IMG/VR virus record: IMGVR_UViG_3300020200_000009
Coordinates: 25,744 to 89,743 of that record
Origin: a virus
DNA length: 64,000 nt
Reading direction: 5' to 3' (one strand)
The position numbers and the translations under genes are program-made. Below are positions 21,444-31,561 of this stretch, piece by piece; positions within the stretch are counted from its first letter, which is position 1, and the number at the start of each line of letters is the position of its first letter. The notes below the pieces were generated by a model. The model saw nothing but the letters and a program-made list of their open reading frames with translations, was not told where the DNA came from and searched no databases.

Positions 21444-21662
21444 ATGCCCGCTGAAGTGACAGAAACCATGGACCAAGACACCCTTCTTACTCAATTTCGT
21501 ACTCGTTACGAATCTCTAGTTCGTCAAAATCAAGAGTTGGCGAAACAAATCAAAGAAAATGAAGTGACTGCTTTCAAACTCCAAGGAGCAATTGAAACAT
21601 TAGAGTATCTCGGCGGAAACGATGAGGGGTCTAATGAATCTACAGAAGAAGCTGCTGAGTAA
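21444..21662 (+). CDS. Small acidic coiled-coil hypothetical protein
   Basis: AAGGAG Shine-Dalgarno upstream, 72-aa ORF, terminator directly downstream. Confidence 0.75.
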   Translation: MPAEVTETMDQDTLLTQFRTRYESLVRQNQELAKQIKENEVTAFKLQGAIETLEYLGGNDEGSNESTEEAAE

Positions 21663-21669
21663 TGCAGCG

Positions 21670-21689
21670 CCCCCATAAGGGGGTTTTTT
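21670..21689 (+). terminator. Rho-independent terminator
   Basis: CCCCC-ATAA-GGGGG hairpin followed by TTTTTT. Confidence 0.75.
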
Positions 21690-21695
21690 ATTACG

Positions 21696-21703
21696 CATAA
21701 ATA
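21696..21703 (+). promoter_or_regulatory. Late promoter (CATAAATA) for the tail fibre gene
   Basis: NATAAATA right after the terminator and about 45 nt upstream of the ATG at 21748. Confidence 0.7.
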
Positions 21704-21747
21704 AACAAGAAAGACTGTATCCAGTTGTTGCAGGACCCGTATAAGCA

Positions 21748-24700
21748 ATGGCAAATAGAATTCAACTAAGACGAGATGGTGCTCAACAATGGGCAAATGT
21801 TAACCCAATTCTTGCACAAGGAGAGTTGGGAATTGAAATCGATACATCTCGTATCAAAATTGGTGATGGTGTTACAGCATGGAACTCTCTCAAGTATGAG
21901 AGACCCATTGAGTCGGAATCTAATACTGCCAATACTCTGGTAAAAAGAAACGCAGATGGTAACTTCGAAGCAGGTGCTATTACTGCTTCACTTATTGGTA
22001 ATGCTTCAACTGCAAGTAGACTAGCAAACGCTCGTCAAATCACCCTTGGTGGTGACATGACAGGTAGTGGCACATTTGATGGGTCCTCGAATCTTACAAT
22101 CACTGCTGAATTAAACTACGTTCCTGCTCTTCCACACTACGATCCTCTAGATTTAGATGCTACAGGCACATATACCCGTTTTACCGTAGACTCTCGTGGA
22201 CGTATTGTTGATGCTGATACTCCAACTACTCTTGCTCAGTATAATATAGTTGATGCACAAGCATTAGATTCTGACTTGACATCGCTCGCGAGCATGACTG
22301 GTTTTGGATTTATTTCACGTGAAGCTGTAGGCACTTTAGTTAATCGTACTATCACTGGTGGTAGTGGTCGTATTATTGTGCAAAATGGTAGTGCCCAAAC
22401 AGCAAATCCATTCCTTGACCTTGCAGATACTACAGTTGTTGTGGGTAAATACAATCCCATCACAGCGATGGACCCGCTAGTTAATCCAAAAATATCTGCA
22501 ACAACTGGTGAGCAAACTGTTAATACTTGCAACTTACAAGTTGACAGATATGGTCGTTTAATTTATGCTAATACTTCACCCATTGCTACAGCAACCCAGG
22601 GCGCGAAGAATGGCACATCATTTTCTAATTATAATAATTCTACAGCATATCCTAGATTTTCAAAAGTTATTGCAACTAATGGGAGATGTTATCAAGCAGC
22701 GATTAGGGATATTCCAGCTGGACTTGGAGAACCGTCACACAACACCCAGGATGGTGCTGCAGACGATCAAGGTGGATGGAGAGACTTGGGTACTGATGCC
22801 ATCGAGCAAAAAGGTCTGGCGAGTTTTGACCAAGAAGACTTTGACGTAGATGCAAATGGACATGTAACAATTGCTGCTGCAGCAATTGAAAATACACAAC
22901 TACAATCTCTCGGTAGATTGATGTTTACTGACCAAAGTTCTACTGAGGTATTCGAACTTGACACCGAGCGTACGATTAATAATGCATATCACGGCATTAC
23001 CTCTATTAACCATGTTAATGTTAACAACAGGACTGGTAATAGCGTCTTTCGTGTCGTTGGTTATAATACTACTGAATATCCATATCAACCTGGAATTCTC
23101 CCTCAGGGATCTTCCTATCCCGCTGTTGCTGCTGATACTCAATATGGTAATGGCAGTTCTAACTCGGGATCTTCATTTACTGGTGCTTTTGACCTTAATC
23201 TCGACACTACCATCTCTGGTAACATCACTCTTGATGTCTCAAAAACAAATCAATTTATAAAGCGCACTAGCGGTAATGTTGACTTCCATCTTCAAATCAA
23301 TGAAAATGCATCTCGTAATTTAAATATCTATGCAGAAAATGCACATACAACAGGTTTAGCAAATATTAACATCATTGCTGATAATGAAATCACTATTACT
23401 AGCACGGATGGTAATTATTTTGTTAACGTAGAAGATTATAGATTCCAACAGAATACTCTTAGCACTCGTAATGCTACGATGATTCTTGACCCAGGTGATG
23501 ATGATGCTATTACTGGTCTTGTCCAAATTCGTGGTGATTTGCAAGTAGATGGTGTAACTACAACTGTTAATTCGGTTGTAATGACTGTCCAAGACCCTAT
23601 CATTACCTTAGGTGGTGAGGATGTTCTTACAAGTGATGACAATAAAGACCGTGGTATCGAATTTAGGTATTATGATACTCAACAACGTTTTGGTTTCTTT
23701 GGATGGGATGAAAATTATGCAAATGCTAATATCTGGAATGGCACTGGCGGGTATCGCTTCCTCTACAATGCGACTAACACCAATGAAGTTTTTACTGGCA
23801 CTGACGCTGCTCTCATTGCTGGTAACCTCCGACTCACAACAAACACAAACTCAACTAGTACAACTACAGGCACTTTAGTAGTTACTGGTGGATTTGGTCT
23901 TTCTGGAAATGCTCACATTGGGGGCAATGTCACCATTGCAGATTATCTAGAAGTAAATGATACTATTCTTTTGAAGTCGGATAATGAAGACTTCTTAATT
24001 CAAACTGGCGCAGGAGTTACTAAATTTAGTGTAGATTCTGATAATGGTAATACTGTAATTGAGGGCACATTAGATGTGCAACTTGAGACTGAAATTACTG
24101 ATAACCTTATCATTTCTGCCGACGCTAAAGAATTTATTATTCGGACTGCTGGTAATATTAATAAGTTTACAGTTGATACTGATAACGGAAATACTGATAT
24201 CCAAGGCACTCTCCACGTTGTCAATTCTGTTGATTTTGATAATGCTTTTAATGTCGATGGTGCTGTAACATTTAATAGCACTTTAGATGTTGATGATGAT
24301 GTAGTTTTTCATAATGACTTCTTAATGGATGTCAGTGGGAAATTCTTTACTATAACTAACGGGACATCCCAAAAATTCCGAATTGATACAGCAACTGGTA
24401 ACACTGATATTGAAGGCACATTGAATGTTGCCGCATTTAATACATTTGAGCGCACAAATAATATTGTAGTCGATGCCGTAGCATCTGAATCTGACATCAC
24501 TTTGACTACTCAGGGTAATGCAACATTCCAAGGTGGTGTTAATATTGAGAAAGATGTCCGTATTGCGACAGACCTTTACGTTGCTGACCGCATCGTAGTT
24601 AAAGATGCTGGCACTGCTCGCACTCGTCCATCATTACTTAACAACCTTGATGTAAAATATCATCAATATATTGGTGCAAGTGCTGCACATAATGCAACTT

Positions 24701-27700
24701 TTGCAAATGACCCAGGTGCCAACTTAAGGATTGCTGGTGGAGTTGGTATTGTAGATGACCTCCATATTGGCGACGATCTTTTTATTGGTAAAGTTGGAGT
24801 TAACGATACTGTAGAATTTCAAGTTTTAGGTGAATCTGGAGCTACTACTATTGGTAGAGATGGTCAAGGTAATGCTACTGATGGTAGTCTTACTGTCCAT
24901 GGTGATGTTATCTTTAATAGAAATGTAACATTAAATGGTAGTGCACTTACATTAGGTAATGAATCCTCAGATGCATTAGCAATAAATGCAACATCTACAT
25001 TCAATGCTGGAGTATCTCTTTCTGGGTCAAATAATCTTTCCGTTGGCGGAAACGTTTCTATAACGGGTAATCTTACAGTCAATGGTAGCACCACAACTGT
25101 AAATTCGACTACCGTTACAGTTGATGACCCAATCATTACTTTGGGTGGAGACACTGCTCCAACCTCAAATGATGCTAAAGATAGAGGTGTTGAATTTAGA
25201 TATTTTGCTGGCGGTGCTGCTAGACTTGGATTCTTTGGATGGGATGAGTCTGCAGGAAGATATTCATTCTTAAACACTGCGACAAATACATCTGAGGTCT
25301 ACGCAGGCACTCGCTCAGGCATTGATGCTGGGTCGTTAAAACTATTTGATACCACAAATGCTACTAGTCCTTCTAGCGGCACTCTTGTCGTTGGTGGCGG
25401 TGCTGGTATTGGTCTCAAATTATTTGTAGGTTCAGACCTCTCAGTGTCTGGTGGTGCAACAATTACTGGAGCAACTACACTCTCGTCTACTCTGAGTGTT
25501 GCTGGTGATTTCAATGTTTCTACAACATTTACTGTAGATGACACGACTGGTAATACATTTGCTAATGGCACATTTACTGTTAATGGTAATGCTGCAATTG
25601 GTAATGCATCATCAGATGCTCATACATTTTTAGGTACAGTTGCTTTTAACCAACCAATTACTTCTACTGATATTACAGCAGACCAAATCAAAATTGGTGT
25701 TGATGCATCAAATGAAATTAGTACTACTGCTGGTAATTTAATCCTTGATTCCTTTGCTGGCACTGTTGCGATAGACGATAATGCTACTGTTGCTGGCACT
25801 TTAGGAGTTACTGGTGTAACCACACTTTCTTCTGCATTGGTAGTAAATGGTAATGCCACAATTGGTGATGCTGGCACTGATGCTCATACTGTCAATGGCA
25901 CTGTGCAATTCAATCATGCAATTACAGGTGCTGCTCGTGCAAATATCCGAAATATTAAAATTGGCACTGATGGGTCTTCAGAAATTAGCACAAGCGCAGG
26001 TAATCTCATTTTAGATTCCTTTACAGGACTTACACAAGTTGATGATAATTTGAGTGTAGTTGGCACATTATCTGTTGGTGGTAATACTGCAATTGGGGAT
26101 GCTGCAACTGATGCTCATACAGTTACAGGTACAATTACTTTTAACCAAGCAATTACCTCTACTGATATTACTGCAGACACCATTAAGATTGGTGTTGACG
26201 GGTCTTCAGAAATTAGCACAACAGCAGGCAACCTCGTCTTAGATTCTTTTACAGGGACTACTCAAGTTGATGATAATCTTTCAGTATCTGGCACTTCTTT
26301 GCTTACGGGTCAAACTACAGTTACCGATAACATTATTCTTAATGCAGCATCTAAGTCATTTATTATCAGAAGCAATCTTGTAGATAAATTCACTGTTGAC
26401 TCTTCGACTGGTAATACTACTATCGCAGGTAGTTTGGGTGTTACAGGTGCCACCACATTGAGTAGCACTCTTGCAGTAACAAGTGGTGTTACATTATCGA
26501 GTACTCTTGGTGTTACTGGGCAAGTATCAGTTACTAATGCAACTAATCCATCTATCGCGCCCAATAATTTTGCAAATCTTTTACAACCAGCATTCAAAGT
26601 AACTGGTGGGATGCAGGTTGGTGGACACCTTGCCGTCGCTTCTAATCTTAGAGTATATGGCGACTTTGAGATCGACGGCAACGTTCTGACAACTGGTAAC
26701 CAAGGATTCACTGGTAGAGTAACATTTAATAGGAATGAAACTCCAACAACTCTTGCCAGTGGTGCGCCATTGATGATTCCTAATGGTGGTGCAACTATTG
26801 CAACAGATTTGTTTGTAGGATCTGATATTTTTATTGGTGCAAATAATGCTACTAAAATTTCACTTTTTGGGGATACAGGTAATGCAACATTTGCTGGGAC
26901 TCTTGGGGTTACAGGTAATACTACATTAGGGATTCTTGGATGCTCAACCCTTACTACTTCTGGGACAGCAAATATTGCAGGATCTCTACTGGTTAACACA
27001 AACAAATTTACTGTTATAGCAGCAAGTGGTAATACTTCTGTTGCTGGCACATTAGCTGTTACTGGTAATACTACACTTACAGGCGCCCTGAATGTTATTA
27101 GTGCAGTAGATTTTGATAGCACTCTGAATGTTGATGGTGCCACTACATTTAATAATACCATCACTCAGAATAGCACTTCACTCTTTAAAGATAATTTTGT
27201 ATTACAGGGTGCTTCTAAAGTATTACAACTAAAAGATGGTGCAGGGAATATCAAGGTTGAAATGCAATCTACCAGTGGTAATATTACTGCTAATGGATTA
27301 GTTTCTTCTAATACTCTTGCAACAAGTAGTAATGCTACAGTTGGTGGGACTCTTGGGGTTACAGGTCAAATTACTGGTAATGTAACGGGTAATCTCACAG
27401 GGATTGCAGATAAGAGTAATCTGGTTAACATTACAGAAACTGCATCATCAAACCTTTCATATTTTATTCCATTTGTATCTACAAACTCTGGATACACTGA
27501 AGTCCGTACGGATTCTAGCAACCTTACATATAATCCTAGCACTAACACACTTCAAGTTAATAACTTTAAATCAACTACTGACTTTGAAGTCCAAGGTAAC
27601 CTGAATGTTACTGGTACTATTAGTTTCTTCCAATCAACAGTTGGTAGTATTGCTAACCATACTACAAATGCACTTGCAGAAGGCACATCAAATCTTTACT

Positions 27701-28653
27701 TCACTAATGAAAGAGTTGATGATAGAGTTGCTGCTCTGATTAATGGTGGCACGGGTATTGCTGCATCTTACGATGATGCTGGCAATGTTTTGAGTCTTTC
27801 TGTTGACTTTGGAGAAATTAGCACTACAAATCTGACCGAAGGCACCAAACTATTCTATACCCAAGCAAGATTTGATACTGCATTTACTGCTAAAACAACA
27901 ACGAATCTAGCAGAAGGCACTAATTTATACTACACCCAAGCAAGATTTGATACTGCATTTACTGCTAAAACAACAACGAATCTAGCAGAAGGCACTAATT
28001 TATACTACACCCAAGCAAGATTTGATACTGCATTTGCTGCAAAATCAACAACAAATCTAGCGGAAGGCACTAATTTATTCTATACAGATGAAAGAGTCGA
28101 TGACAGAGTTGCTGCTCTGATTATTGGTGGCACTGGAATTTCTTCCACCTACAATGACACGGCAAATACATTAACATTAGCAGTAGACTTTACCGAATTT
28201 TCTACCACTAATATTGTTGAAGGCACTAATTTATACTACACCCAAGCAAGATTTGATACTGCATTTACAGCAAAATCAACTACTAATCTGACGGAAGGCA
28301 CGAATCAATACTTTACAAATGCAAGAGCAAGATCTGCAATTAGTGTTTCTGGATCGTTAGGTTATAATTCATCCACTGGTGTTATTTCATATACTGCTCC
28401 AACAGTTACTGCCTTCGGGCAAAGTCTTATTGATGATGTTGATGCTGCAGCAGCTCGAACAACCTTAGGTCTGGGTACTGCTGCTACAACTGCTAGCACT
28501 GCATATGCAACATCTGCTCAAGGTTCTACTGCCGATGATACTAGTAGTGATTTGAATGCTCTTTATGCTGCTTTAAGAGCAATTGGAAATGATGTTAATG
28601 TCACTGATATCACAACACTTAAAGCTGCTCTTGCTGCACTCACTCGCCCTTAA
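21748..28653 (+). CDS. Long tail fibre-like protein (2301 aa)
   Basis: N-terminal RIQLRRD...W...NPILAQGELGIEIDT..IKIGDG..AWNSL fibre-attachment motif, Gly/Thr-rich beta-helical repeats and C-terminal 'EGTNLYYT' repeats. Confidence 0.85.
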   Translation: MANRIQLRRDGAQQWANVNPILAQGELGIEIDTSRIKIGDGVTAWNSLKYERPIESESNTANTLVKRNADGNFEAGAITASLIGNASTASRLANARQITLGGDMTGSGTFDGSSNLTITAELNYVPALPHYDPLDLDATGTYTRFTVDSRGRIVDADTPTTLAQYNIVDAQALDSDLTSLASMTGFGFISREAVGTLVNRTITGGSGRIIVQNGSAQTANPFLDLADTTVVVGKYNPITAMDPLVNPKISATTGEQTVNTCNLQVDRYGRLIYANTSPIATATQGAKNGTSFSNYNNSTAYPRFSKVIATNGRCYQAAIRDIPAGLGEPSHNTQDGAADDQGGWRDLGTDAIEQKGLASFDQEDFDVDANGHVTIAAAAIENTQLQSLGRLMFTDQSSTEVFELDTERTINNAYHGITSINHVNVNNRTGNSVFRVVGYNTTEYPYQPGILPQGSSYPAVAADTQYGNGSSNSGSSFTGAFDLNLDTTISGNITLDVSKTNQFIKRTSGNVDFHLQINENASRNLNIYAENAHTTGLANINIIADNEITITSTDGNYFVNVEDYRFQQNTLSTRNATMILDPGDDDAITGLVQIRGDLQVDGVTTTVNSVVMTVQDPIITLGGEDVLTSDDNKDRGIEFRYYDTQQRFGFFGWDENYANANIWNGTGGYRFLYNATNTNEVFTGTDAALIAGNLRLTTNTNSTSTTTGTLVVTGGFGLSGNAHIGGNVTIADYLEVNDTILLKSDNEDFLIQTGAGVTKFSVDSDNGNTVIEGTLDVQLETEITDNLIISADAKEFIIRTAGNINKFTVDTDNGNTDIQGTLHVVNSVDFDNAFNVDGAVTFNSTLDVDDDVVFHNDFLMDVSGKFFTITNGTSQKFRIDTATGNTDIEGTLNVAAFNTFERTNNIVVDAVASESDITLTTQGNATFQGGVNIEKDVRIATDLYVADRIVVKDAGTARTRPSLLNNLDVKYHQYIGASAAHNATFANDPGANLRIAGGVGIVDDLHIGDDLFIGKVGVNDTVEFQVLGESGATTIGRDGQGNATDGSLTVHGDVIFNRNVTLNGSALTLGNESSDALAINATSTFNAGVSLSGSNNLSVGGNVSITGNLTVNGSTTTVNSTTVTVDDPIITLGGDTAPTSNDAKDRGVEFRYFAGGAARLGFFGWDESAGRYSFLNTATNTSEVYAGTRSGIDAGSLKLFDTTNATSPSSGTLVVGGGAGIGLKLFVGSDLSVSGGATITGATTLSSTLSVAGDFNVSTTFTVDDTTGNTFANGTFTVNGNAAIGNASSDAHTFLGTVAFNQPITSTDITADQIKIGVDASNEISTTAGNLILDSFAGTVAIDDNATVAGTLGVTGVTTLSSALVVNGNATIGDAGTDAHTVNGTVQFNHAITGAARANIRNIKIGTDGSSEISTSAGNLILDSFTGLTQVDDNLSVVGTLSVGGNTAIGDAATDAHTVTGTITFNQAITSTDITADTIKIGVDGSSEISTTAGNLVLDSFTGTTQVDDNLSVSGTSLLTGQTTVTDNIILNAASKSFIIRSNLVDKFTVDSSTGNTTIAGSLGVTGATTLSSTLAVTSGVTLSSTLGVTGQVSVTNATNPSIAPNNFANLLQPAFKVTGGMQVGGHLAVASNLRVYGDFEIDGNVLTTGNQGFTGRVTFNRNETPTTLASGAPLMIPNGGATIATDLFVGSDIFIGANNATKISLFGDTGNATFAGTLGVTGNTTLGILGCSTLTTSGTANIAGSLLVNTNKFTVIAASGNTSVAGTLAVTGNTTLTGALNVISAVDFDSTLNVDGATTFNNTITQNSTSLFKDNFVLQGASKVLQLKDGAGNIKVEMQSTSGNITANGLVSSNTLATSSNATVGGTLGVTGQITGNVTGNLTGIADKSNLVNITETASSNLSYFIPFVSTNSGYTEVRTDSSNLTYNPSTNTLQVNNFKSTTDFEVQGNLNVTGTISFFQSTVGSIANHTTNALAEGTSNLYFTNERVDDRVAALINGGTGIAASYDDAGNVLSLSVDFGEISTTNLTEGTKLFYTQARFDTAFTAKTTTNLAEGTNLYYTQARFDTAFTAKTTTNLAEGTNLYYTQARFDTAFAAKSTTNLAEGTNLFYTDERVDDRVAALIIGGTGISSTYNDTANTLTLAVDFTEFSTTNIVEGTNLYYTQARFDTAFTAKSTTNLTEGTNQYFTNARARSAISVSGSLGYNSSTGVISYTAPTVTAFGQSLIDDVDAAAARTTLGLGTAATTASTAYATSAQGSTADDTSSDLNALYAALRAIGNDVNVTDITTLKAALAALTRP
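27859..28035 (+). repeat. 75-bp tandem repeat in the tail fibre (two identical units plus a partial third); further diverged copy near 28218-28270
   Basis: Units start at 27859, 27934 and 28009 (acccaagcaagatttgatactgcattt...) and encode TQARFDTAFTAKTTTNLAEGTNLYY. Confidence 0.9.
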
Positions 28654-28659
28654 TAACTA

Positions 28660-29460
28660 ATGTCAACTCCAACTTCTAAAGCAGAATTAAAAGAATATTG
28701 TCTTCGTAGACTGGGTAAACCAGTTTTGGAAATCAATGTTTCTAACGATCAAGTAGATGATGCGGTAGATTACACTTTACAGAAATTTCAACAATTTCAT
28801 TACGATGGTGCTGAGCGAGTCTATTTAAAGCATAAAATTACTCAAGATGTTTTAGATCGAGCAAAGACTTCAACAAATACACAATCTAAGGCAGGTAACG
28901 ATACTTGGAAAGAGGGAAATGGTTATATTGAAGTCCCAGAGCATATCCTTGCTATAGAAGGTCTTTTTTCTTTTACAGATAAAGGTACAGCAAATATTTT
29001 TGATATTCGTTATCAAATGCGTCTCAACGATTTGTATGATTTTACATCTACCCAATTTTATCATTACTACATGATTCAACAGCATTTGGAAACTATTGAT
29101 TTTCTTCTTGAAGGAATGAAACCGATTCGTTATAGTCAAGTGCAAGATAGACTTTATATTGATTGGGATTGGCCAGCTGATGCTCAATTAAATCAATTTA
29201 TTGTAGTTAAGGCATGGAGAGCACTTGACCCAAATACATGGACTGAAATCTACAATCAGATGTGGGTCAAAGATTATGCTACTGCTAAAATTAAAAAGCA
29301 GTGGGGGCAAAATCTCACCAAGTTTACAGGCGTGCAAATGCCTGGAGGTGTTAGTCTTAATGGTGAGATGATTTATAATGATGCTGTTGAGGAGTTAAAA
29401 AATTTAGATGAGCAACTTCGCACTACATGGGAAACACCACCGTTGGACATGATCGGATAA
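28660..29460 (+). CDS. gp13: Neck protein gp13
   Basis: LKEYCLRRLGKPVLEINV and WVKDYATAKIKKQWGQNLTKF.GVQMPGGV.LNG motifs. Confidence 0.93.
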   Translation: MSTPTSKAELKEYCLRRLGKPVLEINVSNDQVDDAVDYTLQKFQQFHYDGAERVYLKHKITQDVLDRAKTSTNTQSKAGNDTWKEGNGYIEVPEHILAIEGLFSFTDKGTANIFDIRYQMRLNDLYDFTSTQFYHYYMIQQHLETIDFLLEGMKPIRYSQVQDRLYIDWDWPADAQLNQFIVVKAWRALDPNTWTEIYNQMWVKDYATAKIKKQWGQNLTKFTGVQMPGGVSLNGEMIYNDAVEELKNLDEQLRTTWETPPLDMIG

Positions 29461-29461
29461 T

Positions 29462-30337
29462 ATGGCACTCAATCCATTCTTTACTCAAGGCACTACGGGA
29501 GAGCAAAATCTACTGGAGGATTTAGTTGCAGAGCAGATTAAAATGTTCGGGAAAAATGTTTACTACATTCCTAGGACTTTAGTTAAAGAGGATACAATTT
29601 TTACAGAAGATACCCTATCACGATTTGATAGTGCATTTGAAATTGAAGTTTATCTTGAAGATGCTATTGGGTTTAGGGGTGATAAGGATATGTTTACTAA
29701 ATTTGGTTTGAGGATTTCAGACCAGGTAACGTTTATTGTTTCTAAGAAAAGATTTAAACAAGCAGTAGACGATAATACAACTTTAATTGTAGAAGGGAGA
29801 CCAAATGAAGGAGACCTTATTCATTTTTCAATGGTCGGAAAAACTTTTGAAATCCAGTATGTTGAGCATGAAGTGCCCTTCTTCCAGTTGGGCAAAGTGT
29901 ATGTTTGGGGTCTCAGATGTGAGCTCTTTGAATTCAGCGATGAGGACATCGATACAGGAGTCCCAGAGGTTGATGCTATCCAAACCAACTTTGCAAATGC
30001 AATCACACTCACCTTGCTTGCAGGTGGGACAGGAAACTTTACCCCTGGTGAGACTATTACGGGATCCGTTACCAATTCTACTGCTGATGTGAAAACTTGG
30101 GATAGTGCCACTGGTAAACTTGTTGTTATTAATAGGTCGGGTAGATTTAGTATTCCTGAAACTATCACTGGGAATACTAGTCTTGCATCTTGGACAACAG
30201 GGAATTTCAATACGATAAATAATGTGAATGATGATACAGATCAGAATTTCGATATTGAAATCAAAGCCGATGCGATTCTTGATTTTACAGAAGGAAATCC
30301 ATTTGGTGACTACGGCAATAAAGGTGGGACAGTCTAA
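29462..30337 (+). CDS. gp14: Neck protein gp14
   Basis: NPFF..G...EQ.L..DLV.EQIKMFG...YYIPR, RPNEGDLI, PFFQLGK, DFTEGNPFG. Confidence 0.92.
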   Translation: MALNPFFTQGTTGEQNLLEDLVAEQIKMFGKNVYYIPRTLVKEDTIFTEDTLSRFDSAFEIEVYLEDAIGFRGDKDMFTKFGLRISDQVTFIVSKKRFKQAVDDNTTLIVEGRPNEGDLIHFSMVGKTFEIQYVEHEVPFFQLGKVYVWGLRCELFEFSDEDIDTGVPEVDAIQTNFANAITLTLLAGGTGNFTPGETITGSVTNSTADVKTWDSATGKLVVINRSGRFSIPETITGNTSLASWTTGNFNTINNVNDDTDQNFDIEIKADAILDFTEGNPFGDYGNKGGTV

Positions 30338-31140
30338 TGCTAGGAACATATGCATATCACGAAATTATTAGAAAGACAGTAGTCAGTTTTGGCACACTGT
30401 TTAATAATATTGAAATTCGTCGCACTTCTGGAAGTAAAACAGAAGTTATGAAAGTGCCTTTGGCATATGGTCCAAAACAAAAGTTTTTATCAAGACTAAG
30501 AGCTATTGGTGATTTAAGTAAAAAAGACCAAGTGCAAATTACTTTGCCACGTCTTTATTTTGAAATTACTGGTATTTCATATGATGCAACTCGTAAGTTA
30601 TCTCCAACCCAAGTTATTCGTCATACAAAAAATGATGGGACTGAAACTAAAGTTTTTATGCCTGTCCCATATAATTTAAATTTTGAGTTAGGGATTCTTG
30701 CAAAAAATCAAGATGATGGTTTACAAATCTTAGAGCAAATCCTTCCATTCTTTCAACCAAGTTTTAATATCACAATGAATTTGGTTTCAGAAGTTGGAGA
30801 AAAAAGAGACTTCCCAGTCACTCTAACATCAGTAGATTACTCAGATGATTATGAGGGTGACTTTGATACTCGTAGGACATTAATCTATACCTTACAGTTT
30901 ACCTGCAAAACTTATCTGTATGGTCCTGTTAGTGACGCTACTAACTCTCTTATCAAGAAAGTGCAGGTTGATATGGCAACTCGTGTAGATGTTACTGCCC
31001 CTAGAGAAGTGCGTTATACAGTAACACCAGATCCTATTAACGCAGATCCAGATGATAATTTTGGATTCAATGAAATTTATAGTGAGTTTACAGATGCAAA
31101 ATCATGGAATCCAGTGACGGGACAAGATGAAGACATTTGA
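30337..31140 (+). CDS. gp15: Tail sheath stabilizer/completion protein gp15
   Basis: FGTLFNNIEI, KVPLAYGPKQKFL, LQILEQILPFFQP. Confidence 0.93.
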   Translation: MLGTYAYHEIIRKTVVSFGTLFNNIEIRRTSGSKTEVMKVPLAYGPKQKFLSRLRAIGDLSKKDQVQITLPRLYFEITGISYDATRKLSPTQVIRHTKNDGTETKVFMPVPYNLNFELGILAKNQDDGLQILEQILPFFQPSFNITMNLVSEVGEKRDFPVTLTSVDYSDDYEGDFDTRRTLIYTLQFTCKTYLYGPVSDATNSLIKKVQVDMATRVDVTAPREVRYTVTPDPINADPDDNFGFNEIYSEFTDAKSWNPVTGQDEDI

Positions 31141-31537
31141 TGGTATTGAAGATGCTTTGGATGTAGAGACTTCTATAGTCCCAGTAGATGAGACTGCAAT
31201 TTCTCAGGCAAATCCTACTACAACAAAAGACCAACTAAAAAAGGATTATGAATATACAAGAGCAAATTTGTATAGTCTAATCGAAAAGGGACAAGAAGCA
31301 GTTGATGGTATTCTTGAATTAGCACAAGAATCTGACCAACCTCGGGCATATGAAGTTGCTGGTCAACTAATTAAACATATTGGAGATGTTGCTGATAAAC
31401 TTGTAGACCTTCAAAAGAAGGTAAATGAAATTGAAAATCCAAAGAAAGAAAAGCAAATTACCACAACAAATAACACCATGTTTGTTGGTAGCACTGCAGA
31501 TCTTGCAAAGTTTTTAAAGTCTCAAACAGATAAATAA
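31127..31537 (+). CDS. gp16: Terminase small subunit gp16
   Basis: DYEYTRANLY.LIEKGQEA, PRAYEVAGQLIK, FVGSTADL. Confidence 0.92.
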   Translation: MKTFDGIEDALDVETSIVPVDETAISQANPTTTKDQLKKDYEYTRANLYSLIEKGQEAVDGILELAQESDQPRAYEVAGQLIKHIGDVADKLVDLQKKVNEIENPKKEKQITTTNNTMFVGSTADLAKFLKSQTDK

Positions 31538-31561
31538 TCATAGGAATATATGGACTTGTAT

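Noticed and set aside
26310-27164. 284-aa minus-strand ORF and the many other minus-strand ORFs in the track
   Set aside because: They are antisense shadows of Gly/Thr/Asn-rich plus-strand genes, with no SD, recognisable motifs or operon context.
27859-28270. Repeats as a possible CRISPR array
   Set aside because: Units are contiguous, in-frame 75-bp coding repeats with no unique spacers.
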